Assembly: GCA_964016885.1 (NCBI GenBank)
Contig: OZ024757.1
Coordinates: 32,798,001-32,862,000 of the forward strand
DNA from: Eledone cirrhosa
Taxonomy: Eukaryota
Direction of reading: 5' to 3'
DNA length: 64,000 nucleotides
In this document: positions 52,955 through 64,000 of the stretch, piece by piece
How positions within the stretch are numbered: position 1 is the stretch's first letter
Layout of the letters: every line of letters begins with the position of its first letter
Translations under genes and position numbers: made by a program
Notes under the pieces: model-generated
What the model was told of the DNA's origin: nothing
What the model saw: the letters and a program-made list of their open reading frames with translations, nothing else
Database searches by the model: none

Positions 52955-54397
52955 CTTTAAAACATCTAAATTGACAAACCCAACAATCTGTCCATTAGTA
53001 AAGATACTATAAACATTTGAATTAACAAACCTGTTTTTAGATATCTTCAGCTAAATCATTACAGGATATTCAGAGTTAATACTGTAAAATTTCATAACAA
53101 TCTGTCCATTTGTAAAGACGCTATAATCATTTGAATTAACAAACCAAATTTTAATCTTTTAAACTAAATTATTACAAGATGTTCATAGTTAATACTGCAA
53201 ATGTTCACATAATCAGTCTTTTAGTAAAGATACTATAAATATTTTTATGACAAACTCACTTTTAGATATTTTCTGCTAAATCATTACAAAATGTTAATAG
53301 TTATAGTACAAACAATGAAACAAACAAACACACACAAAAAATAAAACCCTCTTTACACATCATAAAAATAATGTACAATAAATTTCCCACACCGGATTTA
53401 ACATGTTTGTTAATCTTGTGAACAATGGAAGTGAAGCTTTGAAAGTTGGCCTTTTGTGCCAGAGGTTCATTTCTCATTGTCTAAGAACTTCTCAAAGTTT
53501 ATTACTGATGAAAACTGTTGAGGGTTTATTACTATCTTAAGGCCATCACAAGCTTTGTGACATGACAAAATATGTTAGCTGTTATAGCTTTATTTCTACA
53601 ACCACTATTTTATATTTTTTAATTCTTGGTATCAATGTACCTTGAATCATAAAGGGTTGTGGTGTATGTGTGGTGTGGTGAGGGGCTGAAAGTGTGGAGC
53701 AGTATACCACCTCCCTCCAAAGGGTTTTTGGAGAGTGTTGCTGGGTAGAGCAGTATATCAGCCCCCTCCAAAAGGTTTTTTTTTGGGGGGGGGGGGGCTT
53801 TAGGGGGAAACAGTGTACTACCTTTTTCCATCCACCTCACTCCCGAGCCAGGACTACTACTACTGCTGCTGTTGTTCTAAAGTCCCAACACAACACTTGA
53901 AAGAGCAGGCATGATCAATGGGATTCCAGTCACGACCATCCTGTCTTTTTATTTTTTTCAGACATATTGTATCAAGGACTACATCACTACCTTAATGTAA
54001 CTTTCCTTTTGTGAAATGGCACAGTTCAATTTGTGGGAAATTTGGCTGCTAATTTTAGCAGGTGAAGCCAACTACTGTGATTTTATACCCTAGCAACTGT
54101 ACGATACCATAGCTATCCGCCACACTATTTCTATATCATAGCAACAGTGGAAGTATTTACCTATACTTTTATTGCTGTATCCCAAAACAGAGTAAATCCC
54201 TGAATCTACCTTCTTGTTTCTGGACCCCTAACTGTACAAATATTTCCAGTTCTCTCTAGCATTTAACCCTTTAGTATTTACATTATTCTATATATACTAT
54301 TGTATTTTCATGGTAAACACTTGGACGTTAAACGATGATGATCATGATATATATATATATATTTATATATATACACACACACATATGTATATATATA

Positions 54398-54730
54398 TCA
54401 TCATCATCATTTGACGTTCCCTTTTCCCTGCTTGCAAGGGTGGGACGGGAACTGATTCTGGCTTGATTTCTACAGCTGAATGCCCTTCCTAACACCAACC
54501 TCATTTACAGTGAGTGCTGGGTGCTTTTTTGCCGTGGCACCTCCACGACCAATTTACAGTGGAATGATAGGGACCCCAGTCCCTATCATCTCATTTCTAC
54601 AGCTGAGTAAACTGGAGCAATGTGAAATAAAGTGTCTTGCTCAAGGAAACAACACATCACCCGGTCTGAGAATTGAACTCACAACCTTTCGATTGCTAGC
54701 CCAATGCTCTAACAACTAAGCCATGTGCCA
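54398..54730 (-). mobile_element. Full-length SINE family A
   Basis: Near-identical to 25375-25708. Confidence 0.85.
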
Positions 54731-56799
54731 TATATATATAAGCAAATGAATGAGTGGATGAGTTACAAGCCGTTAAAACATTTCTTTAACGGCTTGTAAC
54801 TCTTTTGTTCACTCATTCATTTGCTTATTCCATCTCTGCTTAAACCTTACGCAGAATATTAACCTTCTCTAATATTTAACCCTGTTAACCCAAGCATCGA
54901 GCACACTATGCTTTGGCTATTGACATGTAGTATTCTGTATCACACTTCTTTGTATCTCTCCGCTTCATCCTCTCCTAAGATATTTAAACCCTATTATTAT
55001 ATATATATATATATATCATCATCATTTTACGTCCCTGCTTGCAAGAGTTGGACAGGTCCTATTCAGCACAGCATCTCTCCACTTGTCACGGTCCTTCGTC
55101 ATCTCCTCGGTGAGGTCTGTTCTCTCCACCTCCACCTATGTTTTTCGTGGTCTACCTCTACTGTGTCTTCCTTCTACTGAGATTTCTTGGCACTTCTTTA
55201 CTCAGTGGTTATCCTCCATGCGCATCACATGTCCATACCATCTCAGCCTTATCCCTCTTATACCCAGTTTCTTTCTCAACTCGTCTATGCTTGGTTGTTG
55301 ACATTGCACTTCCAACGGAGCATACTTGCTTCATTTCTCTCCAGCCATCGCATATCTTCTGCAGTTGCTGCCCATGTCTCACTATCATGCAGCAGCATCG
55401 CGCATCTCACACAGGCATCATATAACCTCCATTTTTCCATGCTTGTATGGGTTGGACAGGTCCTTTTCAGCACAGCATCTCTCCACTCGCCACAATCCTT
55501 TGTCATCTCTTCCAGCCACAAGTCTCACCAGTAGTTTGCAAAAGATTGTCATGGAAGAATTTTCAATTGTCCTCTACATTTTATGTATCTAGCTCATCAC
55601 CCCCTCATCATCAAATGCATCCCTTAGGGTCTTTCTCAGCCTATATTTAACCAAAAGGTCCTTTAGCTTCCAAATCCTCCGTCTCCATGTTTTCTGGCAT
55701 ATCTTGTTCTGTCTTGTGTTTATTTTGCTGTCACTAATAACTAACTTGTGTTGGGAAACACATTCTTCCCCAAGGAAGGCCTTAGTATTTATTACAATCC
55801 GTTTATCTCGTTATTTATCAGGGTGTTTTTTGTCACGTCACCAACACAAACCTTTTACAGAGTGGACTGGGTGCTTTTTGTTGTGTCACCAATATGACAA
55901 CCTTATAGAATGGACTGTGTGCTTTTTGTCATGAGACATACACAACCACCTTATATGGTGGACTGGGTGCTTATTTTTCACTTCAGCATGATATATGTAG
56001 ATAATGATATATATATACAAGATGGTGTAGGACAAAACAAAGGAGAGACACAATAGAAACCTAGTCACTGAGGAGGTCACAGAATGTGTGACAAAAGAGC
56101 TTTGACAATATATAAACAACCATCTGGTTATCGAACCAACCAACCAACCATCCGGAAATGTATAATAAATTGAAGTGAAAACTAACAGGTGCATGTGTTT
56201 TTATTGGCAGCATGACCCTCCCAAAGTATAACAATATATATATATATATAATATACTCACTCACATGCATACATAGATATTTATACATGCTTATACTGAC
56301 GGTCATGGGAATGAATATGTAATATTACAGTAAAAATTAATTTAATAATAATTTTTTAAGGCCATGTCAGAGTTTACTTACCCTGTTATGTCACCTGTGT
56401 ATTCATTGTGTCACCAGACAAGACTCTCCTACACCCTACCCTTTCCTTAGAAATCCATGTCCTTGAACCAATGTAGGAACATCATAAATTTATATTTACA
56501 GAAGATATAAAGGATGATGGGAAAATTTGGTAAAGTTTTCAGTTGTGAAAACTGCACATGGTTGTTGAAAAGTTAGCAAAAATAGGCATGTTTTATTGTT
56601 TCCTTTACCTGTATATGTGTTGTATGTGTTGGTGCACTTAGATGGAAGTGTGTGTATGTCAGCATAACATATACATACATTCATGTACATATATATCTCC
56701 TACATACACACACACACATATCCATGCACCTCTTAACTCAATATAGACCCCACACACCCTACTCCATCCTCCCATTTCCATCCACTGTGTTGGTGACCT

Positions 56800-57333
56800 G
56801 ACAAAAAGCACCCGGTCCACACTGTAAAAGTGGTCATGTAGGAGACACGATAAAAAGGCTCCCAATACACACTGTAAAGTGGTCATGTAGCAGACACGAT
56901 AAAAAGGCTCCCAGTCCACACTGTAAAGTGGTCATGTAGCAGACATGATAAAAAGGCTCCCAGTCCACACTGTAAAGTGGTCATGTAGCAGACACGATAA
57001 AAAGGCTCCCAGTCCACACTGTAAAAGTGGTCATGTAGGAGACAGGGTAAAAAGGCTCCCAGTACACACTGTAAAGTGGTCATGTAGGAGACATGATAAA
57101 AAGGCTCCCAGTCCACACTGTAAAGTGGTCATGTAGGAAACAGGGTAAAAAGGCTCCCAGTCCACACTGTAAATGTGGTTGGTGTTAGGAAGGGCATCCA
57201 GCCATAGAAAACCTGCCAGAGACAGGTCCATACAAGTGAGACATGGTCTCCTGACCAATCCCGCATCAATTGGAACAAAACCATCTAACCCATGCTAGCG
57301 TGGAAGATGGACATTAAACGATGATAATGATGA
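56800..57333 (+). mobile_element. SINE family A variant with ~52-bp internal unit repeated about seven times
   Basis: CACACTGTAAAGTGGTCATGTAGSAGACACGATAAAAAGGCTCCCAGTC repeats, then core and tail. Confidence 0.8.
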
Positions 57334-57609
57334 TATATATATACAGAGAGAGAGAGAGAGAGAGAGCACCCCTCACCCCACCTTGCTTGTCTGTTTGAGC
57401 ACTTGGTACATGTTGAGAAACACTATAAAGAACATGTAAGTGAAAGGCAATTATACATATATATGTGTGTGTGTGTATGTATATATGTGTGTGTATGTAT
57501 ATAAGTGTGTGTGTATGTATATATATGTGTGTGTATGTATATGTGTATATATATATATGTGTGTATGTGTGCGTGTGTGTGTATATATATATAAAAATAT
57601 AAATATAAA

Positions 57610-57643
<34 letters not shown>

Positions 57644-58365
57644 CATAATATATTAATAAATGGAAACTATATTTATAAAACCATATTTATTTTATTATAC
57701 ATATTTCAAGGGCCACCAAGGCAAATTATGGTGCGCTTTCATCAGATAAAATAGAGATTTGTTTTATAAATAAATATTGACATACCCGGAAAAAAAGACA
57801 ACCTTAACGGTTGGAGCTTCCTGGATAGTGGAGATATTACATTTATTGAGGGTGATAGGAAATTATGAGTGAGTATGCAAATGAGTGTCCGAAAGGTTGA
57901 AAAGATAACGGTTTATTTAAATTAAACTGTTGGAAGAAGGTGATATGTGAGGGAGAGAGAAAAAAAGAAAAAAAGAAGAAAGAAATGAGAAAGATAGAAG
58001 AGGAAAGAATGAACGATTATATATATATTGACAGTGAAAATAGCGTGCATAAGAGATGAGTTTCAAGAGTTTAAGCTTGTTGAATCCCAACAAATTAAAT
58101 ATAACCTCTGCATATATATATACATATATGTAGGGATATATACTTTATTATTATTATTCTCCTCTTGGTCGAGATAAAATTTGGTCGTTTTGACTGCTGC
58201 TATTTATAGTGGTAGTAGACTGACCCCCCTGCCTCTGCTTCTATCTTTACACACGGCACTGGACAGAATTGCTTCCACATCATTCATTCTCATCTCGGGA
58301 ACAATTTTGAATAGCGCCAGTTCGTAATTTGAACTCGGGAATTTTATATTCTCCGAGTGAAAAGA

Positions 58366-58452
58366 ACCTTCTGACGAGAGTTTATCTTTTCAATGGAAGG
58401 CCGCAAGGACTGTCCATTTATTTTTGAGACTCGAAACCGATTCGGTAAAGGT
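58366..58452 (+). ncRNA. Complete type I hammerhead ribozyme motif
   Basis: ACCTT-CTGACGA-GAGTTT..AGACTC-GAAA-CCG ATT CGG-TA-AAGGT. Stems I, II and III all pair; GUA cleavage triplet ends at 58447. Confidence 0.7.
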
Positions 58453-58520
58453 AACCATAGTGAGTACAGTGAATTTTTTTTTTATTTATTTTGAAACTTT
58501 TTCTTATTTGCTAAACCTTG

Positions 58521-58591
<71 letters not shown>

Positions 58592-58843
58592 TATAAATGA
58601 AACAAACAAAACACAGGAGGCAAATTTATATATATATTACAAATATTTGTTTGTATTTTTCTATTATACCATTGTACTCTCCTAATGAAGGGGTAATGTC
58701 TGGTACATTGAACTCCTATTTTTCTCTCTTTCATCTTAGCGTGAACCTAATAACATTAATTGTTTCATATCTCTGTGTTTACCTTATATATACATATACC
58801 TTATATATACATACATATGTATATGTGTGTGTGTGTATATATA

Positions 58844-58887
<44 letters not shown>

Positions 58888-59104
58888 TTTCTCCATAAAT
58901 TATATCACTGATTTAAAATCACTCATCATTTTCTTACAAAAAAAAATGTGTGAAACGCAGCATGGCCAGGTAATTCGGCTAGTATATATATATATATATA
59001 TATCATCATCATCATCATCATCGTCTAACGTCCATTTTCCACATTAGCATGGGTTTTATATATATATGTATATATATAATATTTAGCCTGAATAAAACGA
59101 GTAC

Positions 59105-59143
<39 letters not shown>

Positions 59144-60954
59144 ATTATAATTATATATATTGATATTATTTTTATTCTTTTAGTAGGTTCGAGAAACTGT
59201 AAAGTGAAGTTAATCCCTTTAGGACAAATGGAATATCTTTCATTCAATTCCATCCTTTACAACTTGAAGACTGGTTCTTTTCAAAGGAATTTCATTGGAA
59301 ATTGTTACATTTTAACATGACACCACTGCTACGGTCACCATTGCCACCGCTGGCTAATTTAACCCTCTTAACAGCATGGCTACATCATAGCATGGGCAGT
59401 TAACTTTAGTTTGTTCTTCTATCAACCCCTTCCAACACCTCTACGTCGTTTACCAAGATGTCTTCTTCTTCAACTGTGTACTGCTGCCAACTGATCAATA
59501 TGATGTCACAGCAAACAGATCAAAGTTCTCTGAAGTCTTTGAAAGATTTTGACCTGTCCTTTGAACACAGCTTGGCTCCTGCCACTCTGATTTCCCTGTC
59601 GTATGGATTTTTATTTTTACTGACATGATTTGTCATCATTACTAATACCATTATTAATATTATTATCATTATTATTATAGAAAGCATTATTATTATTATT
59701 ATTATTATTACCATCATCATCATTATGAATCTGCAATCAAACAAAGGAATATAAATATTAGGGAAATTAAAAAAAAACTCTAATAATAATAAATTATATA
59801 AACTAATAAAAAGACAAAAACAAGCAAACAGTGATGCCAAAGCAAGTGTCATAACAAAAATAATAATAATTGATTTTTTTTTTCTTTAGAGGATATTGTT
59901 GATGAGAGGGAGATAACCTTTAAATTACAAACAATCTTGGTCAATGAGGACTGACCTGGAAACTATTGTCATTTCACAAATTATCAAACAACAGTAAAAA
60001 AGAAAAGAAATGAAAAAAAAAAACAATAGTACCAAATCAAATTCAGGATTCATTTTTTAATGTCATCAGTGATAATTATAATTTTAAAACAAGCACTGAA
60101 ACAAAAATTTCTTTAAGCTGCTTCTTTTTCTTCACCCACTTATTCCTGAGAGGGTCGTGGGGGCAGAGTCCTCAAACACTCCTTCCAGTGGGTCCTGTCA
60201 GAAGCAACCGTTTCCAACTGTTCATGGATGACCAAGTTCATGGATGATAGAATTACATTATAAATTTATATGAAATATAGTATCTTGTTGTAAGCTGAAA
60301 TAACCTGAATGATGTTTTGTCAAAAACCAATGAGAAACCACTTAAGAGGTAGTTTGCAAAAATTATATCACAGAAGAAAATTTTATTTTACATTTGGTGA
60401 AGCCCAAGTAATAATGTTATATACATTTTAAGGAGAGGTATTGTCAATTTAATTGATTTTCAGTGATTGGTGTGCTACGGTATTTTTCTCAGCCTCCACA
60501 AGAAAGATAAAAGGCAAAGTCAGCCTTGGCAGGATTTGAACTCAAATGTAAAAGTGTGTAATTACACATTGCAAGGCATTCATTTATAACCTGTTCCTCT
60601 ACTGTTTAAGCTCGTAATGTCCTGTACCACATCAAACAACATTTGCAAGACATTCTTGAAAAGTACAAAGCTGCATTATGACTACAGCATATTAAAATTG
60701 TATGTCTTTACTTTGATACTGCAAGTTTCACAACGATCTGTCTGCTAGTAAAGACATTATAAACATTGGAATTAACAAACCTTTTTTTAGAGCTATTTTC
60801 TGCAAAATCATTACAGGATGTTAAGACTTAAGCTATTCATTGCTTTTGTACTCTGAGCATTAATAAGAGAATAAGACTGTCTGCTCATTTTGGCTCTTTC
60901 ATTTCATCTCATACCGTTATAGATCAGTAAGGAGGGACTTTAATTCTCTCCAAA

Positions 60955-62151
60955 ATGGAATCAAACAATCTTGTACCATCTGAGATATCATCAGGGTTTA
61001 TTTACACACTGTCGATGGCCCTTGTGATTGAGTGTATTGGAGGTTTGGTTTGTAATTTCATCGTCCTCATCACATATCACAAAAGCTTCAAGATCCAAAA
61101 GACAGAAAACTTCCTCATCATTAACTTAAACATTGTTGATATTCTCATTTGTGTCACAGCCATTCCTCTCACACTCGTCCTACTACAGAGCTACCATGAA
61201 CAATATTACATCCTGCCATGTTTCTTCCACCAAGCTAATATCACATTTGTTAGTACGGCCAGTGCTATTTCTCTGCTCACCATCAGCATTGACCGGTATG
61301 AAGCCGTAGTAACACCATTAAGGAAAAAAGTTATCCAAACCAATATTAAAAAGACTCTTCTTGCCATTTGGACAAGCTCCTTATTTGGGTTGTGTTCCCC
61401 CTTTATTGGGGTCGACTTTTCTTCGTTGCCACCAATAACAGATCTACATCCATCCACCTCATCTTCAATATCGCCAAATTCAAATTCTTCAAACTCATCA
61501 TTCCATGAACTTCACAAAACCTTCACCAGTTCTGAAGATGTAACAGTGTCTGGCGGAGGTGTGAGTTGGCACTGGAAGCTGCATACATGCCAACACTTCA
61601 TATATTCAGCACATTTATTCCCTTTCCACGACATTTACTTCATGTTTTTCTTCTTCCTCTGCATGACAGGCATGGTTGTCTGCTACTACTACATATTTCG
61701 AGTTGCCAAACAACGACTCGCTGTCCGTTTGGCCTTGATTCGGGCCACATTGGCCTTCACAGGGGGCAGCACTAGTGAGGAATCAATTTGGAAACTGCAA
61801 GACCGCCGTCTCACCAAGATGACCCTTGCCATTGTTTCATCATTCGTCATATGCTGGGGACCCCATATAATTATTTCCTGTATTGGTCTCGCCCTCCACG
61901 ACATCACAGCAGAGATGCTACGCTTCATTGGACTTGCAGTTGCTTTCTCAACTGCGCTGTTGCACCCACTGCTTTACACGTTCATGCGACAAGACTTCCA
62001 GCATGCTCTCAGAAGCAAGTGGATGACACAGAAAGTACTGAGGAGGAATTTCAGGAATCGCAAAATTGGGACTGATGCTTCTGCTGCACAAAATGGAAGC
62101 ATCTGGACCTTGACCAGGGACACTATCAATGACACAACATCTGCAGGTTGA
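60955..62151 (+). CDS. GPR22: Class A orphan GPCR, GPR22-like; intronless coding region
   Basis: 398-aa ORF with seven hydrophobic segments, NLNIVDILICVTAIPLT, CFFHQA, IDRY, CWGP and LLHPLLYTFMRQDFQ (HPxxY replacing NPxxY, as I recall for GPR22). Plausible splice acceptor TATAG at 60918-60922 just upstream of the ATG. Confidence 0.85.
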   Translation: MESNNLVPSEISSGFIYTLSMALVIECIGGLVCNFIVLITYHKSFKIQKTENFLIINLNIVDILICVTAIPLTLVLLQSYHEQYYILPCFFHQANITFVSTASAISLLTISIDRYEAVVTPLRKKVIQTNIKKTLLAIWTSSLFGLCSPFIGVDFSSLPPITDLHPSTSSSISPNSNSSNSSFHELHKTFTSSEDVTVSGGGVSWHWKLHTCQHFIYSAHLFPFHDIYFMFFFFLCMTGMVVCYYYIFRVAKQRLAVRLALIRATLAFTGGSTSEESIWKLQDRRLTKMTLAIVSSFVICWGPHIIISCIGLALHDITAEMLRFIGLAVAFSTALLHPLLYTFMRQDFQHALRSKWMTQKVLRRNFRNRKIGTDASAAQNGSIWTLTRDTINDTTSAG

Positions 62152-62569
62152 TGGCTATCAGTGGCTGGAATGATGGCTATCAGTAGCTAGATTGATGGCT
62201 ATTGGTAGCCATCAGTGGCTTGAATGATAGATGGATTGATGGCTATTTATAATGCAAATGGTGTCTGGATGGATGGACGGAATCACGGCTATCAAGACTG
62301 GATTAATGGCTGTCAATGGTTGGACAGATGGCCTGGTTGATAGCTAGCTCAATGGCTGGACAGATGGCCTGGTTGATAGCTAGCTCAATGGCTGAATCGA
62401 TGGCTTGATTTACGGCTATTGATGGCTAGATTGACGACTTCGAATGATAGTTATTGATGGTTGGGTTAATGGTTTGAATGCTGGAGAGATGGCAAGATTG
62501 TTGGCTGTCAATGGTTGTATTGAAAAATACAAAAGATACACATTAAACTGTACAGATGTTAACTTATAC

Positions 62570-62600
62570 ACATACAAGATATGTACAGACAATAATATTA

Positions 62601-62631
<31 letters not shown>

Positions 62632-63207
62632 ACATATGTACAGATGATAATATTGACACACACACACACAACATATGTACAGACAATGATATTCACACAC
62701 ACACACACACAACATATGTACAGATGATAATATTGACACACACACACACACAACATATGTACAGACAATGATATTCACACACACACACACAACTTATGTA
62801 CAGATGGTAATATTGACATACACATACACAACATATGTACAGACAATGATATTCACACACACACACACAACTTATGTACAGACAATGATATTCACACACA
62901 CACACACAACATATGTACAGACAATGATATTCACACACACACACACACAACATATGTACAGACAATGATATTCACACACACACACACACAACATATGTAC
63001 AGACAATGATATTCACACACACACACACACAACATATGTACAGATGGTAATATTGACACACACACACACACACTGACACTGATATTCACACACACACACA
63101 CACATTGTATATACAGGCAATAATATTCACACACAATATATATGTACTGGCAATAAATAATATTGACACACACGTACACATACAACATATGTACAGACAA
63201 TGGTATT

Positions 63208-63240
<33 letters not shown>

Positions 63241-63720
63241 CATATGTACAGACAGTAATATCCATACACACACACATACACATAACAGAATAATATCCAC
63301 ACATATCCATACACACACATACATATAACAGTCAATAATATTCACAAGCACACACATACAATAAGATTCACACACACATACAATAATATTCACACTCACA
63401 TACACACACATGCAATAATATTCACACACACACATGTAATAATATTCACACACACACACATGCAATAATATTCACACACACATGCAATAAGATTCAGACT
63501 CACATACAATAATATTCACACACACACACATGCAATAATATTCACACTCACATACAATAATATTCACACACACACACATGCAATAATATTCACACTCACA
63601 TACACACATGCAATAAGATTCACACACACATACAATAATTGTTTCTACAAGGCCAGCAATTACCCAGTGCATTACTGGTACTTTATACAATAATATTCAC
63701 ACACACATACAATAATATTC
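62570..63720. repeat. CA-containing minisatellites downstream of the GPCR
   Basis: Units ACAACATATGTACAGACAATGATATTC(AC)n and CAATAATATTC(AC)n. Confidence 0.9.
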
Positions 63721-64000
63721 ACATACACACAATAGTACTCACATACACACAACACACAATAATATTTACTCACACATACACACAAAGACATGCCCAGGCA
63801 GTAAGACATACAGACATACAGATGGTACACTAATACACATACATTCCTCCCCCAACACAGGCAATAACATTAAAGTAATATTTTTATCCATATTGTTGTT
63901 AAAACAGAGACAAAAAAAGCATCTTTTACCATTTTTTTTAATTTCAATAAAATAATTTATATGAAGTTTTCACAATCCAAGAATTGGATTTTCTGTGTCA

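Noticed and set aside
59185-59610. Coding exon(s) upstream of the GPCR or of a host gene such as COG5
   Set aside because: Unique-looking sequence, but I found no recognisable reading frame; could be UTR, cannot be supported.

Overview
Repeat-dense, AT-rich animal genomic DNA; the SINE families and microsatellite load suggest an octopod cephalopod (inference). One clear intact protein gene is present: a single-coding-exon GPR22-like class A GPCR (60955-62151, +). A probable signal-peptide exon of a second gene lies on the minus strand (11728-11815). The rest is microsatellites, two SINE families, RTE/CR1-type LINE fragments, dead Tc1/mariner elements and MITEs. Two things stand out. (1) About a dozen intact, degenerate or half hammerhead-ribozyme motifs, mostly in short fold-back (palindromic) insertions inside (TA)n tracts. 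Three of these fold-backs carry a hammerhead on each strand, and a ~4.3 kb hairpin is made of two head-to-head copies of a Penelope-like retroelement. (2) Two homogeneous, stop-free minisatellites (63 bp and 30 bp) that appear to have been amplified out of RTE LINE coding sequence. Almost all long ORFs in the supplied track are translations of simple repeats. Ribozyme folds and family calls were made by eye; no searches were run.
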